Origin: a bacterium
GTDB lineage: Bacteria; UBA8248
Direction of reading: 5' to 3'
Assembly (NCBI GenBank): GCA_965204535.1
Contig: CBDBEV010000001.1
Coordinates: forward strand, 2,624,001 to 2,688,000
Length of the DNA: 64,000 bases
This document shows, piece by piece, positions 53,676 through 64,000 of this stretch. The translations under genes were made by a program, and so were the position numbers. The notes beneath the pieces were generated by a model. The model had not been told where the DNA came from, ran no database searches, and saw only the letters and a program-made list of their open reading frames with translations. The number at the start of each line of letters is the position of its first letter. The stretch's first letter is position 1.

Positions 53676-55253
53676 ATGTCGATAAGGCGCATCCGTATTT
53701 TCCGTCTTCTCCGCTCGCGCGCACCGGGCGTACGGCGCGCGAAGCATCTCACGATATGTCTCACTCTATTGGCTGCGGTGCTCTCCGCGAGCCTCGTCTT
53801 TTCGCTCTCAAGCGATCAGGAAGAGGCCATCGCCCTCCTGTATGAGGTCATGGAGAAAGTGGATCATAGCTACGCGCGCACCCCCGATTTCCGGAAAATG
53901 TACGTCGCGGGCCTGGAGGGCCTCAAGAAAAGCGCGGGCGAGGAGCGCTTCGATTTCGAGGAGAAGGCGGGAGACGAGGTTCTCCTCAAGGCGGGGGAGA
54001 GGGAGTTGCTCGTTCGCCTCCGGGGAGACACCGTCGGCGGGCTGGGCGGGTTCGAGCGCGCCTACCGGTTCGCGGTGGCGAACGCCGGGGATTCGGAGAA
54101 GAAAAAAGGCGGGCTGAGCGTCATGTACGCCGCGCTCACTTCCATGCTGCGTTCTCTCGACCCTTTCAGCACGTTCGTCACGCCCGAGTCCTACAGGCAG
54201 ATGCGGGTGGAGCATACGGGCCGCTACGGCGGGGTGGGCGTCATCATCACGGTGCGGGAGAAGAAGCTCACCATCGTATCGCCCATCGATGACACGCCCG
54301 CGCACCGGGCGGGCCTCAAATCCGAGGACGTGATTCTGGAAATCGACGGCGCCTCCACGGCGGACATGCCGCTCTCAGAGGTCGTGCGCCGCATGAGAGG
54401 GCCCGCGGGCAAGACGGTGGATTTGCTGATTTCGCGCGTGGATTGGCCCGAGCCCCGCAACGTGCCGCTTCGCCGCGCGATCATCAGCATCAAGAGCGTG
54501 AAAACGGAGGTGAAAGAGGGCGGGATCGGCTATCTGCGGGTCACGGCCTTTCATGGCCGCACGACGCGGGAACTGGACGTAGCGCTCAACGATTTGATTC
54601 AAAAGAAAGTGCGGGGGATCGTGCTGGACCTGCGCGACAATCCCGGTGGTTTTCTCCGCCAGTCCGTCCAGGTATCCGAACGGTTTCTGCCAGACGGCAG
54701 CATGGTCGTCTTCACACGTGGGCGGAGGCGCAGCGAGACGGCCTATTTCCGCTCTCGCGGCACCGGCGTTTGGGTGGGGAAGCCTCTGGTCGTGCTGATC
54801 AACAAGGGCAGCGCGAGCGCGTCCGAAATCGTGGCCGGCGCCCTGCAGGATCTGGATCGCGCCCTCATCATCGGCAGGACCAGCTTCGGCAAAGGGTCCG
54901 TTCAGGCCATCATCCCCACGAGGGGCGAGGCGGCGGTCCGGCTGACGACGTCGAAATACTACACCCCGCTCGGCCGCCTGATTCACGAGAAAGGCATTCA
55001 GCCCGACGTCGAGGCGGGGCCTCAGCCGCTCACAAAAAAAGAGATCAGGGAGAGAAGAAGGGAGATGAGGACTTCGCTCTACAAGAAAGAGGAAAAGACG
55101 GAGGAGAAGAAAAAAGACACTGTCCTCGAACTGGCGTTGTCCGTCTTGAGGGACGCCAAGAGCGCGAACGTGGAAGCGCTTCGCCGGGCGGCGCTTGATG
55201 CGCAGCGCCTGATGCGAAGCGTCGAAGCGGTATCCCCCGCGGCTTCTCCCTGA
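53676..55253 (+). CDS. ctpA: S41 carboxyl-terminal processing peptidase
   Basis: LDPFS, PDZ domain (GVGV..SPIDDTPA), LDLRDNPGG, SASASEIVAGALQD, SFGKGSVQ. Confidence 0.95.
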   Translation: MSIRRIRIFRLLRSRAPGVRRAKHLTICLTLLAAVLSASLVFSLSSDQEEAIALLYEVMEKVDHSYARTPDFRKMYVAGLEGLKKSAGEERFDFEEKAGDEVLLKAGERELLVRLRGDTVGGLGGFERAYRFAVANAGDSEKKKGGLSVMYAALTSMLRSLDPFSTFVTPESYRQMRVEHTGRYGGVGVIITVREKKLTIVSPIDDTPAHRAGLKSEDVILEIDGASTADMPLSEVVRRMRGPAGKTVDLLISRVDWPEPRNVPLRRAIISIKSVKTEVKEGGIGYLRVTAFHGRTTRELDVALNDLIQKKVRGIVLDLRDNPGGFLRQSVQVSERFLPDGSMVVFTRGRRRSETAYFRSRGTGVWVGKPLVVLINKGSASASEIVAGALQDLDRALIIGRTSFGKGSVQAIIPTRGEAAVRLTTSKYYTPLGRLIHEKGIQPDVEAGPQPLTKKEIRERRREMRTSLYKKEEKTEEKKKDTVLELALSVLRDAKSANVEALRRAALDAQRLMRSVEAVSPAASP

Positions 55254-55305
55254 ACTCCCTCGCATCCCCCGCCGGAATAAATAAAGGAATCGTCGGTTTT
55301 TCGCG

Positions 55306-56154
55306 TTATTGTATGAACGCGACGATGGTACCCACCGCGGCGGCCAGCCCCAGAAGCTTTCTCGCAGTCATCTTTTCGGACAGCCGCCAGGTGGCCAGGA
55401 TTGTGGTCACGATGAAGCTCAACTGCACGATCGGCGAGACGATGGTGGCCTCACCCTCCCTGAATGCGGCCAGCAGCGAGGTGTTCCCGAATATGAAGCA
55501 GACGGCGGTCGCGAGTCCGTGCGCCCAGCCTTTTTTCGAGAATTTCGGCCCCCCCTGCACGGCGAACGAGTAGATGTACGCGGTGGTGATGAAGAAAACC
55601 GCCTGGCTGTGCAGAAACATGATCGGCGCCACCCCGCCCGAGACGCCGAGCTTGTAGATGAAGTTCACGAGGCCGACGGCCACCATCGCCACGACGGCCC
55701 ACAGGACGGAGGCGAGCTTGTCGGCGGAGAAACTCCCCCGGTGAAAATCCGAGAACAGGAAAATGGCGCAGCCGGTGAGGATGAGGCCTGCGATTTTCGG
55801 GAGCGTGATGGATTCACTCAGAAACCAGACGGCGAGCATGGCGGTGACGACGAAACTCATCCGGTAGATGGGCGTGCTGGCGCTCGTCTCTCCGAGCTCC
55901 ACGCTTCTCATGAAGCTCCAAAAGCCGATGAATGTAAAAAAAGCGGCGCCGATGCCCAGAAAGGCGGGAGGCGTCCAGACGTAGCTGCCCTCGTAATACG
56001 CCCAGATCCACGTGACGGGAACGACGATGCTCGACTGCGAGGCCGTGATCGTGCCCGGCAAAATCCTGTTCCTGACAGCGCGTCCATATACGTAGTCCGC
56101 CACCCCGATGAGGAACAACGCAAAAAGCGCGAATAGAATGAACCTTGGAAGCAA
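55306..56154 (-). CDS. DMT/EamA family transporter (start uncertain)
   Basis: Two hydrophobic repeats with LAVWFLSESIT and WRLSEKMT...LG motifs. Confidence 0.85.
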   Translation of the reverse strand: MLPRFILFALFALFLIGVADYVYGRAVRNRILPGTITASQSSIVVPVTWIWAYYEGSYVWTPPAFLGIGAAFFTFIGFWSFMRSVELGETSASTPIYRMSFVVTAMLAVWFLSESITLPKIAGLILTGCAIFLFSDFHRGSFSADKLASVLWAVVAMVAVGLVNFIYKLGVSGGVAPIMFLHSQAVFFITTAYIYSFAVQGGPKFSKKGWAHGLATAVCFIFGNTSLLAAFREGEATIVSPIVQLSFIVTTILATWRLSEKMTARKLLGLAAAVGTIVAFIQ

Positions 56155-56375
56155 CTCGAATTTCTCCCTGGCAAATGCTTCTGGCCGGAATCCGTTTCGG
56201 GCGTCATACCCGTTTTCGGCGGGCGCGTTTCGTCGGTTCAGGAAGATTACGCCGAAACGACCCTCCATTCATAGCGCTGCACCCGCTCGTTTCGCCTGCT
56301 CGCGCATCCTCGCCCGGACCCGCCGTGTGGAGGACAAGGCGCACCGAGCGTGCCCGGGCCTCGTTTTTTTGCTTG

Positions 56376-56404
56376 TTGTGCAGGCAGGGGGCATCCTGTA
56401 TATT
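56376..56404 (+). promoter_or_regulatory. Candidate sigma70 promoter for the ABC operon
   Basis: TTGTGC-17 bp-TATATT. Confidence 0.3.
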
Positions 56405-56558
56405 GCGGCTATATATCTCGCCATGTTGCTTACGTGAACCGCACCGGAATCAATCCGGGGGAAGGTTCAATCTTTCTTCTCTTGTACGTGCGGAAACGGG
56501 TAGGTCCCTGCGTCCGCACTCTGAGTCCACGGAATCGGAAGCCAGGGAGGATCATGTA

Positions 56559-57815
56559 ATGGCAACGAGATCGACGGATACCCGAAAGCGATGGTTCAGC
56601 GTTTCTCGTCCGGCGGTGATAATGACGGTGACGGTTTTCGCCCTGATCGCCGCCTTCAGTTCCCCCGCCTTCGCCGCGAAGAAAGACCCCATCAAAATCG
56701 GGGTGCTGTCGTTTCTGAGCGGAAAGCTCAAGCCAATCGGCGATGAGATCACCACGGGCATCCAGACGGCCGTGAAGATGCACGGACCCGTCCTGGGCCG
56801 CTCCATCGAGTTGATCCTCGAGGACAGCCTGGTGAACGCGCAGGTGGCGGTCACCAAGGCGACCAAGCTCGTCCAGAAAAACCAGGTGACGGCGATTCTG
56901 GGAACGAGCACGCTGGAGGCGCTCGCGCTGCTGCCCGTGGCGAATCGCCTGCGCGTGCCCATCATCACCTCGAACAGCGGCTCGGCCGTCATCACGGGCA
57001 GCAAGTGCAACTACTGGGTGTTCCAGACGAACCCCACCCCCCAGATGGCCGTCGTGGCGATGGACTCGCTCATCAACGACACCCCGAAGTTCAAGGCCGC
57101 GAAGTGGTTCACGATGGGCCACGACTACCCCTGGAGCCGCCGCGTGGCGCGCTCGGTCAAGATCGTCAAGGGCGTGAATTACGTCGGTGAGGCGTATGCG
57201 CCGCTCGACACCACGGACTGGGCGCCGTTCATCGCGAAGGTCCGCGCGTCCGGCGCGACCGCGGTGGTCATTCCCGTCACCCTGGGCACGCCGCTCGTGC
57301 AGTTCATCCAGCAGGCCAACGAGTTCGGCCTGACCAAGCAGGCGACCCTGGTGGCGCCCATCGGACTGCCGGACTGGCTCATCGCGAAGCTGGGCGAGTT
57401 GTCGACCCATATCGTCTCGGCGGGCGCGTGGAGCGCGTGGCGTCTTGAGGACACGATACCCGCGACCAAAAAGTTCAACGAACTCTACTACAAGATGCAC
57501 GGCCGCGTAGCCGGGATGCAGGCCATCCAGGCGGGTACGGCGGCCCAGCTTCTGTTCAACGCCATCACGAAAGCGGGCTCGACGGACGGCAAGGCCATCG
57601 TCGCGGCGCTCGAGAAGCTCGACGTGGAGGCTCCCGCGGGTAGGATGCGCTTCCAGAAGGACGGACGCATGGCGGAGGTTGCGCTGATACTCGGACGGAT
57701 CGAGAAGCTCAAGAAGCCGAAGTACGGCGCCATGTATGCGCAGTCGGTCAATGCGCTTCCCGCGTCCAAGACGCTCGAGCCGGCGAAGAAGCTCGGCTGT
57801 AATTTGAAGAAATAG
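56559..57815 (+). CDS. Branched-chain amino-acid-type ABC substrate-binding protein
   Basis: Signal peptide, PIKIGVL..LSG, GRSIELILED, DYPW, AITKAGSTD. Confidence 0.92.
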   Translation: MATRSTDTRKRWFSVSRPAVIMTVTVFALIAAFSSPAFAAKKDPIKIGVLSFLSGKLKPIGDEITTGIQTAVKMHGPVLGRSIELILEDSLVNAQVAVTKATKLVQKNQVTAILGTSTLEALALLPVANRLRVPIITSNSGSAVITGSKCNYWVFQTNPTPQMAVVAMDSLINDTPKFKAAKWFTMGHDYPWSRRVARSVKIVKGVNYVGEAYAPLDTTDWAPFIAKVRASGATAVVIPVTLGTPLVQFIQQANEFGLTKQATLVAPIGLPDWLIAKLGELSTHIVSAGAWSAWRLEDTIPATKKFNELYYKMHGRVAGMQAIQAGTAAQLLFNAITKAGSTDGKAIVAALEKLDVEAPAGRMRFQKDGRMAEVALILGRIEKLKKPKYGAMYAQSVNALPASKTLEPAKKLGCNLKK

Positions 57816-57823
57816 CGGTTGGA

Positions 57824-58690
57824 ATGGATTGGAATTTCTTGTTCGTCAATTCGCTGAACGGGATCATCTACGGATCGTTCCTGGCGCTGACGAGTCTCGG
57901 CCTGAGCCTGGTGTTCGGCTTGGGCCGAGTCGTCAACTTCGCGCACGGGGTGCTGTACGCCCTGGGGGGATATTTCTTCATCATCCTCCTGCCCTCGCTG
58001 GGCTGGGGGGCGATGGTGTTCGCCCCGCTGGTGGTGGTGCCCCTCGCCATCGCGATGGAATGGCTGACGATCGCCCCCATCCGGAACCGGGATGAAATCT
58101 ACACCCTGCTCGTGACTTTTGGCCTTTCCTTCATGATCACGGGCGCGATTGAATATCTCTGGGGCACCGAGACGACCCTGATCAAGCCGCCCGTCATTTT
58201 CCAGGGGACGGTGGACATCCTCGGCAATCAGTTCCCCATCTACAGGCTCTTCGCGTCGACGCTATCCTTGTTGGTGACGGGGCTGGTCTTCGTCTTCATC
58301 CAGTTCACGCCGGTGGGCCTCAAGATTCGCGCCATCACCGATGACAACGAAATGGCCGAAGCGCTCGGCATCAACACGCGGTGGCTGCTCACGAGCATCT
58401 TCGGGGGCGCGGCCGGGTTCGCGGCGTTCGCCGGCGCGCTGGGCGCTCCCATCTTTTCCGTCGAACCGGAGATGGGAATGGGCATCATCATCGACTCGTT
58501 CCTGGCGGTGATCCTGGGCGGTCTCGGCCATCTGCCGGGGACGGCCGTGGGGGCGTTCATCGTGGCGCTCGCGAAATCCATCGGCGGGGGCTACATCGCG
58601 GAATGGGCCATCGCGGTCTTGTTCCTGGTCGTGGCCGCGATCATGGTGCTTCGGCCCAGAGGAGTTTTCGGTCGTGGCCGCATCGCCTGA
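57824..58690 (+). CDS. livH: Liv-type ABC permease
   Basis: GLSLVFGLGRVVNFAHG, GLKIRA...MAEALGIN, VILGGLG, RPRG. Confidence 0.92.
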   Translation: MDWNFLFVNSLNGIIYGSFLALTSLGLSLVFGLGRVVNFAHGVLYALGGYFFIILLPSLGWGAMVFAPLVVVPLAIAMEWLTIAPIRNRDEIYTLLVTFGLSFMITGAIEYLWGTETTLIKPPVIFQGTVDILGNQFPIYRLFASTLSLLVTGLVFVFIQFTPVGLKIRAITDDNEMAEALGINTRWLLTSIFGGAAGFAAFAGALGAPIFSVEPEMGMGIIIDSFLAVILGGLGHLPGTAVGAFIVALAKSIGGGYIAEWAIAVLFLVVAAIMVLRPRGVFGRGRIA

Positions 58691-58691
58691 G

Positions 58692-59678
58692 GTGGAAAAC
58701 CTGGTGGAAGACGCCTCCAGGCTCCGTTCGCGGGAAGTGGCGACGCGGGTGCTGCTCGCCGGCTCCGCGATCCTGGTGCTGGCGGTTCCGTTTCTGGGCG
58801 CGAGTCCGTTTTTCATCACCCTGCTCACCGAGGCCCTGATCTTCGGCATCTGGGCGATGAGCCTCGATTTGCTGGTGGGCTACACGGGTCTCGTCTCGTT
58901 CGGCCACGCCGCGAGTTTCGGCTTCGCGACCTATGCCGCGGGCATATTCGCCATGAACATATCCGCGGATTTTTTCCTCTCGACCATCATGGCCATCGTC
59001 GCCGCCGCCGCGGTGGCGTTTCTGACCGGCCTGGTGGTGACGCGCCTCTCGGGAATCGCCTTCGCCATTCTCACGCTCTGCATCTGCCAGGTCCTGTTTC
59101 AGGTATCCGTCGTGTGGCGCTCGTTCACCGGCGGGCTGGACGGCTTGATCGGCGTTCCGCTGCCCACGCTCTTCGGCCGGGAGGTGGAGCCCGGCGAGGA
59201 GTTCTACCTCCTCACCGCGGTTACGCTCATCGTCTGCTATCTTCTGCTGAGGAGGGTGGTGGAGTCTCCCTTCGGGAAAACCCTGCTGGCGATTCGCGCG
59301 AACGAGGACAGGGCGGCGGCCATCGGCATCGACGTGAGACGGCACAAGCTGGTGATTCTCATCCTCTCCTGGATGACGGGCGGCGTAGCGGGAACGCTCT
59401 TCGTCTTCCTGAAAGCGGGCGCGAACCCGATGACGCTCTACTGGATCGAATCGGGCAACATACTGGCTATCACGATTCTAGGCGGCATCGGAACGCTTTT
59501 CGGCCCGATCATCGGGGCGATCGGCTTCATATTCATCCGCGATCAGGTGACGACGATGTACCGGGCGTGGCAGTTTTCCTTCGGGCTCGCCTTCGTGCTC
59601 GCCGTCTTGTTCATGCCCTCGGGAATCGCGGGCATCGCCGAGAGAATCTGGAGACGACTGTGGCCGGCGCGTTCGTAG
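58692..59678 (+). CDS. livM: Liv-type ABC permease
   Basis: LLVGYTGLVSFGHA, TGGLDG, SPFGKTLLAIRANE, ILGGIGTLFGP. Confidence 0.92.
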   Translation: MENLVEDASRLRSREVATRVLLAGSAILVLAVPFLGASPFFITLLTEALIFGIWAMSLDLLVGYTGLVSFGHAASFGFATYAAGIFAMNISADFFLSTIMAIVAAAAVAFLTGLVVTRLSGIAFAILTLCICQVLFQVSVVWRSFTGGLDGLIGVPLPTLFGREVEPGEEFYLLTAVTLIVCYLLLRRVVESPFGKTLLAIRANEDRAAAIGIDVRRHKLVILILSWMTGGVAGTLFVFLKAGANPMTLYWIESGNILAITILGGIGTLFGPIIGAIGFIFIRDQVTTMYRAWQFSFGLAFVLAVLFMPSGIAGIAERIWRRLWPARS

Positions 59679-60418
59679 TAGAAGGCCTCCACAAGTCCTT
59701 CGGTGCTCTGCACGCCGTGAACGACGTTTCCCTGGATATCGAAGCCGGGCAGGTCCACGCGCTTATCGGCCCGAACGGCGCGGGCAAGACGACGCTGTTC
59801 AACTGCATCACCGGATTTCTTCGTCCCGACGCCGGCAAGGTGTTGTTGAACGGGAGCGACGTTACCCATCTGCCTTCCCACAAGCTGGTGAAGACGGGAA
59901 TCGTCCGCACGTTCCAGATCACCCAGGTCTTCGGCGAATTGAGCGCGCGCGAGAACGTCGAGCTTGCGGCGCGCTCCCGCGAGGGGCTGAATTTCGATTT
60001 CTTCCGAAAGGCGAGCACCTGCCGCGAGGCCCGCGAGGACGCGGAGGAATCGCTGGAGGTGGTCGGGCTGATCGAGAAGGCGCATCTGCGGCCCGAAGAG
60101 CTGGGACACGGGGACAAGCGCGTGCTCGAGGTGGCTATTGGACTTGCGCTCAACCCCGAAGTCTTGTTGCTCGATGAACCGACGGCGGGCATGTCCCGAA
60201 CGGAGACCGAGCGCATCGCCCGCCTGGTGCGGCAAATCGCGGAGCGCACGAGCGTCCTTCTGGTCGAGCACGACACGGAAGTGGTTCTCTCGATCTCGGA
60301 TAAAATCACCGTGATGACGCAGGGCCGGGTGATCGCCCAGGGACCGCCCGAGCAGATCAGCAAGGACCCCCAGGTGCAGGACGCTTACCTGGGCGCCGTC
60401 GAAGTGGAGGAGGATTGA
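59660..60418 (+). CDS. livG: Liv-type ABC ATP-binding protein
   Basis: GPNGAGKTT, RTFQ, LLLDEPTAG, VEHD, VQDAYLG. Confidence 0.93.
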   Translation: MAGAFVVEGLHKSFGALHAVNDVSLDIEAGQVHALIGPNGAGKTTLFNCITGFLRPDAGKVLLNGSDVTHLPSHKLVKTGIVRTFQITQVFGELSARENVELAARSREGLNFDFFRKASTCREAREDAEESLEVVGLIEKAHLRPEELGHGDKRVLEVAIGLALNPEVLLLDEPTAGMSRTETERIARLVRQIAERTSVLLVEHDTEVVLSISDKITVMTQGRVIAQGPPEQISKDPQVQDAYLGAVEVEED

Positions 60419-61149
60419 TGCTCAAAGTCTCCTCACTACACGTTCATTACGGGAGCGCCCACGTTCTCCACGGCGTGGATCTTGAGGTGGGCGCAGGCAA
60501 AATCGTCTGTCTCATCGGGCGCAACGGCGCGGGCAAGAGCACGACGCTCAAGTCCATCATGGGTCTCGTGCCCGCCACTTCAGGCGAAATCCTCTTCGAG
60601 GAGCAGCGCATCGAAGCGATGGCGGCCCACCAGGTCGCTCGCATGGGAGTCGCCTACGTGCCCGAGGACAGGCGGCCCTTTGGTTCCTTGAGCGTGGAGG
60701 AGAACATCCGCGTGGCGGCGCAGGCCAGCCCGAACTCCGACGCAAACGGCGTCAGCGAGGCGCTGGCGTTTTTCCCTGTCCTGGAAGAGCGCGCCAGACA
60801 ACTGGCGGGGAGCCTGAGCGGCGGTGAGCAGCAGATGCTCGTGATCGCGCGCGCCCTAGTGGCGCGTCCAAGGCTGATTCTGCTCGATGAGCCGACCGAA
60901 GGGCTCGCGCCCAGCCTCGTCCGCTCCATCAGGGACGGAATCATGAAGACCCGCACGCATGGCCTCTCCATCCTCCTCGTGGAGCAGAACCTCTCCCTGG
61001 CGCTGGAGGTGGGCGATTATTTCTACGTGCTGAGCCGCGGTTTCGTCGCCTTCGAGGGAACGAGCGAAGAGCTCCTTGCGCGGGAGGACGTAATCGCCGA
61101 ACATCTGGGAGTCGGCCGCGTGAAGGAGGCCTTGAGAGCGCGCGAATAA
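60418..61149 (+). CDS. livF: Liv-type ABC ATP-binding protein
   Basis: GRNGAGKST, LSGGEQQML, LLDEPTEGLAP, VEQN. Confidence 0.93.
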   Translation: MLKVSSLHVHYGSAHVLHGVDLEVGAGKIVCLIGRNGAGKSTTLKSIMGLVPATSGEILFEEQRIEAMAAHQVARMGVAYVPEDRRPFGSLSVEENIRVAAQASPNSDANGVSEALAFFPVLEERARQLAGSLSGGEQQMLVIARALVARPRLILLDEPTEGLAPSLVRSIRDGIMKTRTHGLSILLVEQNLSLALEVGDYFYVLSRGFVAFEGTSEELLAREDVIAEHLGVGRVKEALRARE

Positions 61150-61220
61150 ATTGCTGCGCCGCGCCGAGAAAATCCCGAACCGCTCCGAGCCGCCCTGAAC
61201 CCCGTAAAAGAGATCACCCG

Positions 61221-62183
61221 TTGCTTGCCTACGTGCTGGAGGAGAACGGCCCCTCTTTGAAAGAGGTGGCACGCCCCGAGCCCCTCGCGGATGAAGCCCT
61301 CATCCGGGTGAGTCTTGCAGGCATTTGCGCCACGGACCTGGAACTCATTCGCGGGTACATGAATTTCCGGGGCGTGCTGGGCCATGAGTTCGTCGGCGTG
61401 GTGGCGGGGCCGGAGGCGCACCCGCTTTTGGGGCGCAGGGTGGTGGGCGAGATTAACTGCGGATGCGGGGATTGCCCCTGGTGTGCCCGCGGTATGGAAC
61501 GACATTGTCCCGAGAGAAGCGTCCTGGGCATTCTCGATCGCCCCGGCGTTTTTGCGGAATACACCTGCCTGCCGAGTCGGAACCTGCACGTTCTTCCCGA
61601 CGCCGTGGAAGATGAGGCGGCCGTTTTCTGTGAGCCTCTGGCCGCCTGTTTCGAGGTGATCGAGCAGTTTCCCGAGATCGTGGAGCGCGAGGTCCTGGTG
61701 ATCGGGGACGGGAGGCTCGGTCTCTTGCTGACCCAGGTGTTGCACGCCGAAGGATCGAGGGTGGGTCTGCTTGGCCGCCACCCGGAAAAAATGGCGCTGC
61801 TCGCTTCACATAAGATTCCCGTTTGGAGCGATCCTGCGCAGGCCGTCTGCTCCGAAGGGGAGAAATGGCCCGTCGTGGTCGAGGCCACAGGCGCTGCGGA
61901 GGGCTTCTCCCTCGCCGTCTCGAAAACGAAGCCCCGAGGCGTGCTGGTGCTCAAGAGCACGGTGGCGTCCGAGGCTCGCCTGAATCTCTCCGCCGTCGTG
62001 GTGGATGAAATCACGGTACTGGGTTCGCGCTGCGGCCTTTTCTCGCCCGCGATTCGAGCGCTCGAGACGGGCGCGGTTCGCACGTCCTCGATGATTCATG
62101 GCCGTTTCTCCCTGCGAAACGCGCCCGAAGCATTTGAAAAAGCGCGCGAAAAGGGCATAATCAAGGTGTTGCTCCGACCCTAG
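61221..62183 (+). CDS. Zn-dependent MDR alcohol dehydrogenase-like protein
   Basis: GICATD, GHEFVG, CGCGDCPWC..HC, GDGRLG, GSRCG. Confidence 0.92.
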   Translation: MLAYVLEENGPSLKEVARPEPLADEALIRVSLAGICATDLELIRGYMNFRGVLGHEFVGVVAGPEAHPLLGRRVVGEINCGCGDCPWCARGMERHCPERSVLGILDRPGVFAEYTCLPSRNLHVLPDAVEDEAAVFCEPLAACFEVIEQFPEIVEREVLVIGDGRLGLLLTQVLHAEGSRVGLLGRHPEKMALLASHKIPVWSDPAQAVCSEGEKWPVVVEATGAAEGFSLAVSKTKPRGVLVLKSTVASEARLNLSAVVVDEITVLGSRCGLFSPAIRALETGAVRTSSMIHGRFSLRNAPEAFEKAREKGIIKVLLRP

Positions 62184-62257
62184 GTATTATTTGTATTTTA
62201 GTGTAGAATGGTAAGTCGATATTGCTACATAGGGTGTTGCTCGTTAAGGAGCATGCG

Positions 62258-63154
62258 ATGAGAGGCCTCATGGGGATGGCCTTGATGGTATGGCTCCTTG
62301 CTTCGGCTTGGAGCATGGAGGCGTTTGCGGCCGCGCCGGAGACCCCCGAGGCGATAGAGCAAAGACGCATTTCCCGCCTCGTCTCCCATCTCAGGCGACT
62401 GGAAAAGCCTAAAGATTGGCTGCTGGTCCGCAAACTCTTCTCCTCGGATTCGAACGTCCAGCTCAACGCCCTGTCGAACTGTCCGCTGCCGGAAAATGAA
62501 TGGCCCTGGTATCTATCCTCCGATCATCTGAAGAATTACGCTTTTTCAGTGGATTTCATCCCGCTCAACATGGATGCGGACAAGCGCCTCGAAACCCTCA
62601 TGGTCATCCAGTCGGATCACGCCAAGGACCACTACATCACCTTTTGCCTGATGGATGACGACAAGAGCGCCCGCAAGCCGCTCGCCTCCTACAGCGACAT
62701 GAGCCGTGGCCGGGAGATCACCTACCAGGTAGCCGATCTGACGGCGGACGGGTCGTATGAGTTGATCGTCAATACCCGCGAGGGTTCGGACGGCCGCTAT
62801 TCCGACGCCGTGCGTGTCATCAAGCCGACTTCGAAGAACCGCTTCGATCTCATGTGGTTCGCACGCCTGCAAGATGAGTTGAAGTGGCCGAAAACGTACG
62901 TGGACGACGCGAGAAGCCGGGCTGTCCAACGGCGTGAAGATCTGCGGGCCAAGGTTCGTTTTCGCTTTAACGGACCGGGAAACCCCGTCACCCTCATTCT
63001 CAAGGGGGAGAGGAAATACGAGGAGCAGATTTCCAGCCTCAAGGGTGGAAAAGATAAAAACAAAATACTAATCGAACGTTTTCCCATCGAGGAATTCTGG
63101 CGGTGGGATAAAGCGAAGCTGCGATTCGTCCGTGTTTTCGACTCCAGACAATAG
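62258..63154 (+). CDS. Hypothetical exported protein with DxDxDG-like motifs
   Basis: Signal peptide (AFA-A); NMDADKRLE and DLTADGSYELIV. Confidence 0.75.
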   Translation: MRGLMGMALMVWLLASAWSMEAFAAAPETPEAIEQRRISRLVSHLRRLEKPKDWLLVRKLFSSDSNVQLNALSNCPLPENEWPWYLSSDHLKNYAFSVDFIPLNMDADKRLETLMVIQSDHAKDHYITFCLMDDDKSARKPLASYSDMSRGREITYQVADLTADGSYELIVNTREGSDGRYSDAVRVIKPTSKNRFDLMWFARLQDELKWPKTYVDDARSRAVQRREDLRAKVRFRFNGPGNPVTLILKGERKYEEQISSLKGGKDKNKILIERFPIEEFWRWDKAKLRFVRVFDSRQ

Positions 63155-63186
63155 AAAAAGTATATCCGCTTTTCCGGAAAGGTCGT

Positions 63187-64000
63187 GTGAAGCCGTTGAA
63201 CTACCCTCGCCCCGTCATGCTCATCGTTCTGGACGGATGGGGATTATCCGATGAGCGCACGCACAACGCCGTCGCATTGGCCGATACCCCGACCATGGAT
63301 GCCCTGCTCGCGAGCCGTCCCCACACCCGCCTGGTCACTTCGGGACGCGCCGTGGGGCTTCCCGACGGCCAAATGGGCAATTCCGAGGTGGGTCATCTGA
63401 ACTTAGGCGCGGGCCGTGTGGTGGATCAGGACATCGTTCGCATCGACCGCTCCATCAAGAGCGGTGATTTTTTTGAACTCCCCCCGCTCGTCGATTGCGT
63501 TCAAAAGGCCAAAGAGGGAGGCGGCGCCCTGCACATCGTCGGCCTCGTATCGGACGGCGGCGTGCACAGCCTCCAGGATCACGGGGTGGCGCTGGCGCGG
63601 CTGGGGAGAAAAACCGGCGTCGAGCGCATCTTCGCGCATGCCTTCACCGACGGGAGGGATACGCCGCCGCGCTCGGGACTGGAATTCGTGGGTCGTTACG
63701 AGGAGAGCCTGAGCCGGGAAGCAGGGGCCCGACTCGCCACCGTCATCGGGCGTTACTACGCGATGGACCGGGACAGGCGGTGGGAGAGAAACGAGCGCGC
63801 CTACCGGGCGATGGCCGCAGGAGAAGGCATTCATGCCCCGAGTGCCGCCGAGGCGATAGAGGCTTCCTATGCGCGAGGCGTGACGGATGAGTTCATCGAA
63901 CCGGTGGTGCTCACCGACAGCGGGCGTCCGGTGGGCTTGATTCGAGACGGCGACGCCGTGATCTGCATGAACTTCCGCGCGGACAGGGTGCGGCAAATCA
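63187..64000 (+). CDS. gpmI: 2,3-bisphosphoglycerate-independent phosphoglycerate mutase (3' truncated; absent from ORF track)
   Basis: PVMLIVLDGWG, VGLPDGQMGNSEVGHLNLGAGR, GLVSDGGVHS, FTDGRDT, GRYYAMDRD, NFRADR. Confidence 0.97.
   Translation, partial: MKPLNYPRPVMLIVLDGWGLSDERTHNAVALADTPTMDALLASRPHTRLVTSGRAVGLPDGQMGNSEVGHLNLGAGRVVDQDIVRIDRSIKSGDFFELPPLVDCVQKAKEGGGALHIVGLVSDGGVHSLQDHGVALARLGRKTGVERIFAHAFTDGRDTPPRSGLEFVGRYEESLSREAGARLATVIGRYYAMDRDRRWERNERAYRAMAAGEGIHAPSAAEAIEASYARGVTDEFIEPVVLTDSGRPVGLIRDGDAVICMNFRADRVRQI

Overview
High-GC bacterial chromosomal segment rich in transport and catabolic genes: two TAXI-type TRAP systems, a TctABC system, a Liv-type ABC system, a sulfatase, hydantoinase/oxoprolinase A and B, a CoA-transferase, an acyl-CoA dehydrogenase and several hydrolases. 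Housekeeping genes include ppk1-ppx, rimO, csaA, ctpA and gpmI. No rRNA, intact tRNA, CRISPR array, transposase or integrase was seen. The main signals are not in the ORF track. (1) A hidden PrdB/GrdB-like selenoprotein is split by an in-frame UGA (UxxC motif, SECIS-like hairpin). It has no reductase partners and sits behind a DinB/MDMPI-type gene. (2) A displaced tmRNA 3' end at about 297-361 looks like an island att scar. (3) At least eight families of GTAG- and CGTC-type REP-like palindromes form mosaic clusters. (4) A low-GC cassette (XRE-HTH plus DUF4258-like gene) is bracketed by direct copies of one REP. Also present are tandem QueG/reductive-dehalogenase-like Fe-S genes, three tandem methyltransferase paralogues, an MBL-fold pair, an orphan SaoD/DsrE-like gene, a lipoprotein-hydrolase autotransporter and two toxin-antitoxin pairs. 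All family calls come from motif recognition by eye; no database search was run.
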